A DNA stretch of 64,000 bases from an uncultured Bacteroidaceae bacterium. GTDB lineage: Bacteria; Bacteroidota; Bacteroidia; Bacteroidales; SM23-62. Made by a program: the position numbers and the translations under genes. How positions within the stretch are numbered: the first letter of the stretch is position 1; each line of letters opens with the position of its first letter. The notes beneath the pieces were generated by a model. That model saw nothing but the letters and a program-made list of their open reading frames with translations, was not told the DNA's origin and did no database searches. This document shows positions 1-7,701 of the stretch, one piece after another. The stretch is from the NCBI GenBank assembly GCA_963777115.1, contig CAVZPP010000004.1:8635-72634 (forward strand). The letters run 5' to 3'.

Positions 1-1716
1 CAGATCAGTTAGATTGATAAAAGTGATGACCAGTCCATCAATTCTGTCATCGGAAGTGCGGTAGGGCATAATGCGAACGGAAAACCATCGTCCGTCTTTA
101 GCAGGAATAGGTTTTTGTATAAATACGAGAGTCTGTAGTACTTCAAGAGCATCGGTGGTTAAATCAGGGTAAATAAGGTCAGAAACCTGATCGGTAAATG
201 GTCGGCCTATATCGCTTTTTATGAGTTTAAAAATTTTGGTAGCCTGGTTAGTATATCGTCTGATATTTAATTCTTTGTCAAGAAATAATGTAGCAATATC
301 GGTGCTGTTGAGAAGGTTTTTCATATCATTGTTAACCCTTGAAAATTCATCTACTTTCGATTGCAATTCGGCGTTAACAGTCTGAAGCTCCTCATTCAGA
401 CTTTGCATTTCTTCTTTGGAACTTGTGAGTTCCTCATTTGTAGATTGCAGCTCTTCATTTGAAGATTGCAATTCTTCATTTGTAGATTTCAATTCTTCCT
501 GCGAAGTCTGCATCTCTTCGTGTGTGCTCTGCATCTCTTCACGAATGTCCTGCAACTCTTTCTCTATCTCCATTTGCCTTTGGCTGTTCACCATCTTCTT
601 TCCTTTGGTTGCGGGCTCCTTAATTTCAGCAATTGTAGGTACATCTGTAAAAATTATCATTAGTGTACCGCTTAAAGCAACAGGTTTATCTATCCTCTGA
701 ATTTTAACATTTACAGTTTGTGAATCACCATTTGTGCTAACTATAACATTAGACAGGTTAACAATTTCCCGCTGTTTAACCGCTTTATGGAAAGCAGAAG
801 GAAATTCATTGCTCAAACCTTCACGCAACATTGCAAAAATATTCAGGTTTGCTTTACCGACAGCCGGTTCAAGATATTTACTGGCACGTCCACTTATGTA
901 TAAGATATCACCATTCTCGTTCACCAAAACTCCAATTGGTGAGTAATGCTCTACTAATATTTGATCGGCAAGAGCCTTAATATTAGGAATTGATTTATCG
1001 GACACATGTTTTTCAATACTTTGTCGTTTGTTTCTTGAAAAGGAGGATGGAAAATCATATAATTCAGGTAGCTCGTTCGTTAAGGAGCGCTTAAAAATTT
1101 TTAATTTAGAATGCTCAGCAATAAATAGATTACTTTGCGACCCAAGTGTTTCAGAGCTGCCAAGTACAAGAAGCCCATCATTATTAAGGCTATAGTAGAA
1201 GAGTCCAAGTAATTTTTTTTGCAATTCGTTTTCCATATATATCAGCAAATTACGACAACACAAGATATCTATTTTGGTGAATGGAGGGTGCATAATAATA
1301 TTGTGCTGTGCAAACACAACCATTTCCCTGATCTCACTTTTAACGCGATATCCTTCCTCTGTTTTGATGAAAAACCGATTAAGACGCTCTGGTGATACAT
1401 CGTTTATAATATTAGCAGGAAATATACCTTTTCGGGCTGATTCAATAGCTTCATTGTCAAGATCAGTAGCAAATATTTGTAATGAAAGGCCTCTATGCAA
1501 ATTCATTTTTTTAAGCGCTTCTTTAAATATTATCGCTAATGAATATGCCTCCTCACCGGTAGAACACCCTGCAACCCAGGCTCGTAATATTGTTCCTGGA
1601 TCAAGATCCCTGGAAATAATTCCGGAAATGATTATTTCATGCAACTTCTCCCATACTAAATTATCGCGAAAGAAATTGGTTACTCCAATCATTAATTCCT
1701 TGAAAAGGATGTCCAT
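1..1716 (-). CDS. CheR-type methyltransferase / coiled-coil / PAS signalling protein, 3' end beyond window (distal part of a CheB-CheR fusion-family gene)
   Basis: Absent from the ORF track (no stop in window). Hand translation of the reverse strand from ATG at 1716 is open for 572 codons to base 1: MDILFKELMIGVTNFFRD..RAWVAGCSTGEEAYSLAIIF..FAQHNIIMHPPFTKIDILCCRNLLIYM (CheR SAM-methyltransferase signatures). This is followed by the EELKSTNEELQSSNEELQSTNEELTSSKEEMQSLNEEL coiled coil and a PAS-like tail. Confidence 0.85.
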   Translation of the reverse strand, partial: MDILFKELMIGVTNFFRDNLVWEKLHEIIISGIISRDLDPGTILRAWVAGCSTGEEAYSLAIIFKEALKKMNLHRGLSLQIFATDLDNEAIESARKGIFPANIINDVSPERLNRFFIKTEEGYRVKSEIREMVVFAQHNIIMHPPFTKIDILCCRNLLIYMENELQKKLLGLFYYSLNNDGLLVLGSSETLGSQSNLFIAEHSKLKIFKRSLTNELPELYDFPSSFSRNKRQSIEKHVSDKSIPNIKALADQILVEHYSPIGVLVNENGDILYISGRASKYLEPAVGKANLNIFAMLREGLSNEFPSAFHKAVKQREIVNLSNVIVSTNGDSQTVNVKIQRIDKPVALSGTLMIIFTDVPTIAEIKEPATKGKKMVNSQRQMEIEKELQDIREEMQSTHEEMQTSQEELKSTNEELQSSNEELQSTNEELTSSKEEMQSLNEELQTVNAELQSKVDEFSRVNNDMKNLLNSTDIATLFLDKELNIRRYTNQATKIFKLIKSDIGRPFTDQVSDLIYPDLTTDALEVLQTLVFIQKPIPAKDGRWFSVRIMPYRTSDDRIDGLVITFINLTDL

Positions 1717-1728
1717 CTCCTGGTTATT

Positions 1729-2553
1729 TTATTGCAAAAATGGAATATAGTCAGCTATTTTATCAATCTTATGGATTCCCATACGCCTTTCAATACGGCG
1801 GTATAACGTATTTTTTTTATAAAGCGAAAAGTCATTCCCGGTATGCCTTTTCAGCAGAATAATAATTTTTTCGAGAGCGCTCTTGTTTTTAATCTCAATC
1901 TCCTGATCTGACCGGAGTACTGTCGGAGTAACTTTAATGAAATCGATAAGCCTGACTGGCAATTCATTGGCTGGAGCAATAATATCTGCTACTACATTAT
2001 CAATTGCATTACGTGGCATGCTGTCAAATTTTGCTGTAGCCGGATCCTGAACCATAACTATTCCATTTTTTTCCTTGATAGCACGTAGACCTATACTTCC
2101 ATCGGAACCCATTCCCGAAAGGATGAGACCAATACTTAATTCTTGTTGATCATCGGCAAGAGAGCGTAAAAACATATCAATTGGAAGGCGCAGTCCTCTA
2201 GTTTCTTTTGGTTCAAAAAGATAAAGCACTCCTTTTAATATAGACAAGCTCTTGTTTGGTGGAATTACATAAACACAATTTGGTTTAACAGGACTAGCGT
2301 CTTCAATCTGAAAAACTTTCATTTTGGTAGTTCGCTGGAGTAGTTCAGGCAACATACCTTTTTGGGTTGGATCTAGATGCTGGATTACAACGTATGCCAT
2401 TCCGCTGTTTACAGGCACATTGTTAAAAAATTGTTCTAAAGCTTCAAGACCTCCGGCTGATGCTCCGATACCCACTATCGGAAATCGGTTGGCAGATTTG
2501 TTGGACAATTTTGCTTTTGAAGGTTTTACCGGTTCTTTTTTTCTGGTGTCCAT
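1729..2553 (-). CDS. CheB-type protein-glutamate methylesterase domain protein (proximal part of CheB-CheR fusion family, terminated by an in-frame TAA)
   Basis: ORF 1729..2553. Motifs FPIVGIGASAGGLEALEQFF, VVIQHLDP and LSGMGSDGS are typical of the CheB methylesterase domain. It is in the same frame as 1..1716, separated only by TAA plus 4 codons. Confidence 0.85.
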   Translation of the reverse strand: MDTRKKEPVKPSKAKLSNKSANRFPIVGIGASAGGLEALEQFFNNVPVNSGMAYVVIQHLDPTQKGMLPELLQRTTKMKVFQIEDASPVKPNCVYVIPPNKSLSILKGVLYLFEPKETRGLRLPIDMFLRSLADDQQELSIGLILSGMGSDGSIGLRAIKEKNGIVMVQDPATAKFDSMPRNAIDNVVADIIAPANELPVRLIDFIKVTPTVLRSDQEIEIKNKSALEKIIILLKRHTGNDFSLYKKNTLYRRIERRMGIHKIDKIADYIPFLQ

Positions 2554-2852
2554 TTAAATTTATTGTAAAATATAATTTTCACATAAAATATCTAATATTT
2601 GCCTTTTATTTTCCTGCCTCCCTAATTCTTTCATATTCAGAAAATTGTTTTTTACAAGGAGAATTATTAGCGGTACAAATTACAAATTAGTAACTAAAAA
2701 ATAGTTATACAATTCTTCACTAGTGGACACTAAAACCCACTGATTTTTAATTTTTAGTACCCACTAATGGTTGTATTAGTATTGTGAAATATCTCACCTT
2801 ACAAAAGTATATCCACCTATTTTGCAAATTGTTTAAAAATTATAAGAATAAG

Positions 2853-2867
2853 TTACATGATTCACAC
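2853..2867 (-). promoter_or_regulatory. Third, shorter copy (TTACATGATTCACAC) of the motif found at 26451 and 27392
   Basis: 15-nt identity to the core of the 23-nt repeat at 26451..26473. Lies about 300 nt upstream of the cheB-like start (2553) on the minus strand. Confidence 0.3.
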
Positions 2868-2920
2868 TTTTTGACTGGTAAAGCTCAAGATCCGGAACTC
2901 TATGTGCTCTGTCGATTTGT

Positions 2921-2967
2921 CGGGGTAGCGGATTACTCGCCCTGTGGGCTCGTGATCCGCTATCCCG
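2921..2967 (+). other. Long imperfect hairpin (13 bp + 3 bp + 4 bp stem, UGU loop), function unknown
   Basis: CGGGGTAGCGGAT (2921-2933) pairs with ATCCGCTATCCCG (2955-2967). The inner part is TAC..GCCC-TGT-GGGC..GTG. Three G-U pairs on the plus strand would be A-C mismatches on the minus strand. A T9 run lies at 3005-3013. Confidence 0.4.
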
Positions 2968-3082
2968 ATAAAATAGGACATTCTTCAATTTTCGATGGGA
3001 GTCCTTTTTTTTTACCATCCTGCAGCCACCCGCATGCGCCCACAGTAAGCTTTCCGGCCTTGTGAGCGGTTTCCATAATTGC

Positions 3083-3433
3083 TTAGATTTGACTACCGGT
3101 TTCTTTTATGATTCTTTGGCGGATGGATTCCGCAACAAAACTGTTCAATGACAATTTATCCTCCATAGCCAACAAAGCAGCCTTCTGGTGAAGCTTGGGT
3201 GAGATACGCACATTGAAGCTTCCTTTAAAGGGTTTCTCCGGTGCAACACTTTCCTGTTTGCAGTCGGCTAAATATGAGTCAATGGCGGCAATAAAATCAG
3301 CTTCCAACTCCTTTCCGGTGGTTCCCTCATAGGAGATAAGCCCCTGTATTCCCATAACCTTTCCATACAGAAGACCATCTTCCTTGCTGTACTCAATGGT
3401 ACCTGTATAGCCCTTATATTCTAAGTTTTTCAT
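3083..3433 (-). CDS. hicB: HicB-family antitoxin
   Basis: ORF 3083..3433. The MKNLEYKGYTGTIEYSKEDGLLYGKVMGIQGLISYEGTTGKELEADF.. opening is typical of HicB. C-terminal RHH-like tail (FNVRISPKLHQKAALLAMEDKLSLNSFVAESI). The start codon overlaps the upstream toxin-like ORF stop (ATGA). Confidence 0.85.
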   Translation of the reverse strand: MKNLEYKGYTGTIEYSKEDGLLYGKVMGIQGLISYEGTTGKELEADFIAAIDSYLADCKQESVAPEKPFKGSFNVRISPKLHQKAALLAMEDKLSLNSFVAESIRQRIIKETGSQI

Positions 3434-3482
3434 AAGCCCAATACTTCCTCAAATTCAAAGTACACAAGTAATCTAGCCACCT

Positions 3483-3508
3483 CATTGTAATATGGGTTCA
3501 CAAAACTA
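3483..3508. repeat. Left target-site duplication (3483-3491) plus left terminal inverted repeat (3494-3508)
   Basis: Read directly: CATTGTAAT at GGGTTCACAAAACTA. Confidence 0.8.
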
Positions 3509-5108
3509 GTAACTAATTCATCTACAGTAGGTTACATGCCTTCCAAAAACGATACTTTCTAACTTTTTGTAACTTACTGATTTTTAAGAACATACAGCCG
3601 TTGTTTTTATCAAATTTAGCTATTTTTTACCTGTTTTCAGCCTAAAAATTCACTGGGTTAGAAAGATTTTGTTTTGTGAAACCCTATGACTGCATGGCTG
3701 TAATATTTTGTGTATTTGATATTTAATTTTCTAACTCAATATTTATTGGTATCCATCTCATGAAAAATTTCATAGACTTGCACAAAACTCAAGGATACCA
3801 GTTATGCCCTATTCAAATTTACTCTTTGACCCGGCAGATTTACCACCTGCTGTTAAATATGAAAAACTCTTCGAAAACCTTCCAATGCTTAAGGAAAATA
3901 TACCAAAAACCGGAAGAAGGCCAATAAGCAGAAACTGCATGTTTCGAAGTCTTGTCTACAAGTCACTTAGGCGGTTTCCATATCTGACAGATCTAAGCTT
4001 TGAACTTAACAATAATCCAAGTGTATCAAAAGCGTTGGGTTTTAATCCAATGAAACCAGCTCCTTCCAGGGAACGTTTTTCTTCATTTCTGCATGATACC
4101 GATCATCAAGAGATCATCTCCATCCGGCAACAATTGATGCAGAAACTAATCAACCTGGGTGCAGTGTCCGGTAACTCTATTTCCATAGATTCTTGTCCCA
4201 TTGTCGCATTATTAAAAGAAAACAACTTAAAAACCTCCATTGCAGACAGATTTGATAAAACCAAAAAACCTGCCGGTGACCGGGATGCCCGGTTAGGTGT
4301 TTTGATTCATTTCCCATCTCCATTTAAAAAAGAAGTCCGGTACTTCTGGGGGTATCGTAATCACGTGATCAGTGATACCGCTACAGAACTTCCAATCTGG
4401 GAAGTTACCAAACCGGCAAATGTCTCTGATATCAATGTTGCAAAGAATCTCATCCATGAGGCATATTCCATTTTCAATTTAAACATACAATCGGTATTGG
4501 GCGATGCCGCCTATGATTCCGAGGACTTACTGAAATTCATCATCAATGATCTAAATGCATCTGCTATTATCCCTCACAATCCAAGAAATGAACAAGCTCA
4601 AGGTTATCAAATCAAAGATGGCAAAGTGATTTGTGAAGCAGGACTTAAGATGCATCGCAAAGGGAAAATGCGTCCTAAAAAAACCGGAATCCTTTATTGT
4701 CAATACATCTGTCCAATCGTTTATGACAAACAAACCATATATCAACACATCACCTGCCCAATAATGCATGAAAAGTTCTTCAAAGGTAAGGGCTGCAACG
4801 TATGTGTTCGACTGGAACCAAGCATCCGATCAGAAATTGGCTATGATACACAGGAATTCAAAGAACTTTATAAAAAACGAACCTCCGTTGAGAGGGTATT
4901 CTCACGCCTGCTGGCCATTGCAATGCAACATCCTACAGTCAGAGGTTATAATGCTAATCGCAATCATGCTACTATTGCTCATATTTCAGTTTTATTGGTA
5001 GCTCTGACAGCATATCTGACAGGGCAACAGGATAAAATGAGATTTGTGAAATCATTTGTGCCAAATTTTTTAACTTGAAATCTCATAAATTAGTTTTGTG
5101 AACCCCTA
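3492..5108 (+). mobile_element. Insertion sequence, DDE (IS4/IS5-superfamily type) transposase, ~1.6 kb
   Basis: Terminal inverted repeats GGGTTCACAAAACTA (3494-3508) and TAGTTTTGTGAACCC (5091-5105). Flanked by the direct repeat CATTGTAAT (3483-3491 and 5109-5117). Contains a single transposase ORF. The exact element ends are uncertain by 1-3 nt. Confidence 0.85.
3804..5078 (+). CDS. DDE transposase (DUF772-like N-terminus, DDE_Tnp_1-like core)
   Basis: ORF 3804..5078, 424 aa. The N-terminal GRRPISRNCMFRSLVYKSLRRFPYLTDLSFEL resembles the InsH-type N-domain. Candidate catalytic residues lie in SIDSCPI, GDAAYDS and KRTSVERVFSRL. A Cys/His-rich insert sits between the second D and E. Confidence 0.85.
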   Translation: MPYSNLLFDPADLPPAVKYEKLFENLPMLKENIPKTGRRPISRNCMFRSLVYKSLRRFPYLTDLSFELNNNPSVSKALGFNPMKPAPSRERFSSFLHDTDHQEIISIRQQLMQKLINLGAVSGNSISIDSCPIVALLKENNLKTSIADRFDKTKKPAGDRDARLGVLIHFPSPFKKEVRYFWGYRNHVISDTATELPIWEVTKPANVSDINVAKNLIHEAYSIFNLNIQSVLGDAAYDSEDLLKFIINDLNASAIIPHNPRNEQAQGYQIKDGKVICEAGLKMHRKGKMRPKKTGILYCQYICPIVYDKQTIYQHITCPIMHEKFFKGKGCNVCVRLEPSIRSEIGYDTQEFKELYKKRTSVERVFSRLLAIAMQHPTVRGYNANRNHATIAHISVLLVALTAYLTGQQDKMRFVKSFVPNFLT

Positions 5109-5117
5109 CATTGTAAT
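5091..5117. repeat. Right terminal inverted repeat (5091-5105) plus right target-site duplication (5109-5117)
   Basis: Read directly: TAGTTTTGTGAACCC cta CATTGTAAT. Confidence 0.8.
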
Positions 5118-5553
5118 GAAAATCTGAGGGAATGCTCAGGAACCTGGCGATAAGTTTTTCTTTTCTATTCATTGGCAGAGGTAACTAAATATAGTTGCAT
5201 ATTCAAACTTTCTTTTTAAGTCGATGTGATTTCTTTTGCAGGACCTGTAGACTTTTAGGAGTTGAACCTCAAGCAGCTCTGCACTAATACTGTTCCGACT
5301 GCCACTCATACTTGATGTGACAAATTGCAATTATAATTCATTCTCAATTTCTATCAGCGTACCAGGAGTCCTTTTATTTCCATTCCCCTGCTTTACCAAT
5401 TGCCTGGATTGTAGTAAAGTTTTCCGGAAACAGAATGATGTATACGTATGGATTTAAAATACCTTTTTTCTTGAAAACTTCTATAAAAAGGTATCTGGAT
5501 AAATAGTTCCTTATGGAAATTCCAATATTACCGCATCCTATAATAAAACAGTC

Positions 5554-7443
5554 ATGAAAAAGATACTTATCATCTTTGCCTGCGTGCAAACAATGAATGC
5601 ATTTGCACAGGTGAATTTTGAAAAAGAGATCAAATCAGAAATTGAGAAAGTAACAGTGTTTTTTAAGAACGCACAGATTACGCGCAGTGCATCTGTTACG
5701 GTTAATTCCGGAAAGACCAATTTGAGATTCGTGAACCTTTCGCCATTTATTCATTCTAAAAGTGTCCAGGTAAAGGTCAATGGCAAGGTAACAGTGCTTT
5801 CGGTGAATCATCAGCAAAACTACCTGGATAGCATTGCAAAATCTGAGGAACTCATCGGGCTTGAGTCCAGGTATAAATCCATTCAGAGTAAAATAGACGT
5901 TGAACAGGCCCTGCTCTCGGTGATCGATGAAGAGATGATCTTCCTTCAGGAGAACAGGAAAATTGGGGGAGCAAATCAGGCAACCACTGTTGCGAATCTT
6001 AAAGAGGCTTCTGAATTCTACAGCAGCAAAATAACCTCCCTGAAGCTCAGGAGAATTGAAAGACAGAAAACCACTCAAAATTTGAGCGAGGAGCTTCAGA
6101 AAATCAGAATCCAGATCAACTCCCTTTCTACCAAAAAAGAATTTCCCAGTGGAGAGGTGCTGGTAACACTTGATGCAAAATCAGGTACAACTGCCTCCAT
6201 CGAATTGTCATACCTGGTTAATAACGCAGGATGGTTCCCGAGTTACGATATCAGGGCCAGAAGTATCGAAGACCCGTTGCAAATTATCTATAAAGCTAAT
6301 GTACACCAGGATACAAAAGTAGATTGGAAGAATGTGAAACTTACATTTTCATCCAGTAATCCCAGTCTTTCCAGCTCGGCCCCGGACCTTCAACCTTACT
6401 ATCTTAACTATAATTCCGTTCCACCGGCATATAAATCAAAAATCAACGAGGTATCAGGCGTTGTTCTGGATTCTCGTGGAAATCCTCTTCCCGGTGCCAA
6501 TGTGGTGGTTTCCGAATCAACTATTGGAACCATCACGAACATGAACGGACAGTATTCCATCTCCATTCCCTCCAACGCCTCTTCCCTCCATTTTTCTTAT
6601 ATCGGATATACGGACCAGGTAGTTCCTATTCGAAACGCTGTCCAGAACGTATATCTGCAAGAGAGCCTTGCAAGTCTGAACGAAGTTGCGGTAGCCAGGT
6701 ACGCTTCTGAGGCTGAAATGGATATGAAGTCCACAGCCCCATCTTTATCCCGAATGCAGCCAGATAAATCCAAAAATGCCATGAAGATCGGCGGCGCCGG
6801 CAGCCTATCAATTCCCACCATACAGCTGGAGAACCAGACAACGGTTGAGTTCAGCATTGAAATGCCTTATAGCATTGAATCAAACAGCAAGAATTATGTG
6901 GTGGATATGACAGCCTATGATGTGCCCGCCTCCTATGAATACTATTGTGTTCCCAAAATTGATAAAGATGCATTTCTAATTGGATATGTGACCAATTGGG
7001 AACAATACAATCTGCTCGAAGGTGAAGCAAATATATTCTTTGAAGAAACCTACATAGGAAAATCCATCCTGGATGTGAGGTTCATCTCCGATACGTTAAG
7101 TCTTTCTTTAGGCCGGGATAAGAGTGTAACTGTGAATCGTGAAAAGGTGAAGGATCTCACCTCGTGGAAATTCATCGGGACTAAGAAAGAAGATACAAGA
7201 GCATGGAAAATTTCCATAAAAAACAATAAATCCCAGGCAATCAATATGGTTCTTCTGGACCAGGTTCCGGTTCCAACCCTTGAAGAAATTGAACTGGATA
7301 TTGAAGAGCTGTCCAGGGGTAAAAGAAACAAAGAAACCGGTGAAATTAAGTGGACTCTTGAACTGGATCCGGGTGAAAGCCACACCATTGATCTGAAATA
7401 CACCCTGAAGTATCCGAAAAATCAAAACCTGGTCATTGAATAG
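5554..7443 (+). CDS. DUF4140/DUF4139 (mucoidy-inhibitor MuiA-like) protein with embedded CarboxypepD_reg-like domain, secreted
   Basis: ORF 5554..7443, 629 aa, intact, with a signal peptide. N-terminus VTVFFKNAQITRSASVTVNSGKTNLRFVNLSP and C-terminus EIKWTLELDPGESHTIDLKYTLKYP fit the DUF4140/4139 pattern. The middle section is VSGVVLDSRGNPLPGANVVV..GQYSI. Confidence 0.7.
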   Translation: MKKILIIFACVQTMNAFAQVNFEKEIKSEIEKVTVFFKNAQITRSASVTVNSGKTNLRFVNLSPFIHSKSVQVKVNGKVTVLSVNHQQNYLDSIAKSEELIGLESRYKSIQSKIDVEQALLSVIDEEMIFLQENRKIGGANQATTVANLKEASEFYSSKITSLKLRRIERQKTTQNLSEELQKIRIQINSLSTKKEFPSGEVLVTLDAKSGTTASIELSYLVNNAGWFPSYDIRARSIEDPLQIIYKANVHQDTKVDWKNVKLTFSSSNPSLSSSAPDLQPYYLNYNSVPPAYKSKINEVSGVVLDSRGNPLPGANVVVSESTIGTITNMNGQYSISIPSNASSLHFSYIGYTDQVVPIRNAVQNVYLQESLASLNEVAVARYASEAEMDMKSTAPSLSRMQPDKSKNAMKIGGAGSLSIPTIQLENQTTVEFSIEMPYSIESNSKNYVVDMTAYDVPASYEYYCVPKIDKDAFLIGYVTNWEQYNLLEGEANIFFEETYIGKSILDVRFISDTLSLSLGRDKSVTVNREKVKDLTSWKFIGTKKEDTRAWKISIKNNKSQAINMVLLDQVPVPTLEEIELDIEELSRGKRNKETGEIKWTLELDPGESHTIDLKYTLKYPKNQNLVIE

Positions 7444-7630
7444 ACCTATTTCGGGAGTGAGCTGAAAGCCTGCTTTCATAAATGCGGCTGGAATCTCCAT
7501 TTAAGTGCCCATTTGTGAATCATTTTACTGATTGAGAATTTTTCATAGTCCAGATAATGTTGTAACTTATTGGAAATCTCAGCTATCTGATCAAATGCGA
7601 ATTTTTCAATTCTTGTTGTTAACTATTCCA

Positions 7631-7649
7631 GCAGGAACATATTTCCTGC
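7631..7649. promoter_or_regulatory. Perfect 7-bp-arm inverted repeat GCAGGAA-catat-TTCCTGC upstream of the cytochrome gene
   Basis: Read directly. Lies about 50 nt upstream of ATG 7702 and is followed by an AT-rich TATATAAATATAAG. Confidence 0.3.
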
Positions 7650-7701
7650 AGGTATATAAATATAAGACGCACAAAATTATCAAGCATTAAAGGAATTCAT
7701 T

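Larger units (their letters stand above)
3430..5172 (-). pseudogene. HicA-like toxin gene interrupted by the insertion sequence (5' part 5109-5172, 3' part 3430-3491)
   Basis: Reverse strand reads ATG(5172) MNRKEKLIARFLSIPSDFHYN up to the IS. After removing the IS and one copy of the duplication it continues in frame as EVARLLVYFEFEEVLGL-stop, overlapping the hicB ATG. The N-terminus resembles the KEKLIxRLLSxPxDFxYxE opening of YcfA/HicA-like toxins. Confidence 0.55.

Noticed and set aside
400-560. Repetitive DNA (GAAGA/CTTCA-rich, about 30-nt periodicity) that could be mistaken for a tandem repeat or CRISPR-like array.
   Set aside because: It encodes the EELQSxNEEL coiled-coil of the CheR-PAS protein in an uninterrupted frame. 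There are no spacers or repeat-unit boundaries.
1729-1731. Stop-codon reassignment (TAA read as sense) as an explanation for the in-frame stop.
   Set aside because: TAA, TAG and TGA all terminate well-delimited intact genes in the window (for example 9869-9871 TAA, 7441-7443 TAG, 5076-5078 TGA). I found no other in-frame stop without a frame change.
2681-2750. Possible decayed second copy of the IS left end (TACAAATTAGTAACTAA versus CACAAAACTAGTAACTAA, and a shared ACTGATTTTTAA at 2739-2750 / 3576-3587).
   Set aside because: Only two short blocks match, with different spacing (51 versus 69 nt), in AT-rich sequence. That is not enough to call an IS remnant.
2921-2967. Integron attC site or retron msd as the identity of the long hairpin.
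   Set aside because: It has no RYYYAAC/GTTRRRY core sites and no nearby integrase or reverse transcriptase gene. The stem is too perfect for a typical attC with extrahelical bases.
2784-3065. Plus-strand ORF 2784..3065 (93 aa) and minus-strand ORF 2833..3018 (61 aa) as real genes.
   Set aside because: They have no recognisable motifs and overlap each other and the long hairpin. Their composition is dominated by the palindrome. They are kept only as a possible cryptic small gene in the hairpin finding.
5240-5290. tRNA-like fragment (GAGGTTCAACTCC on the minus strand) that might mark an integration site.
   Set aside because: The T-arm stem would have only 3 bp, and no acceptor or anticodon arms can be drawn. 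It is probably chance.
5374-5589. ORF 5374..5589 (71 aa, contains IIGCGNIG) as a Rossmann-type gene fragment.
   Set aside because: It overlaps the start of the DUF4139 gene on the opposite strand, and the rest of the peptide has no family resemblance.
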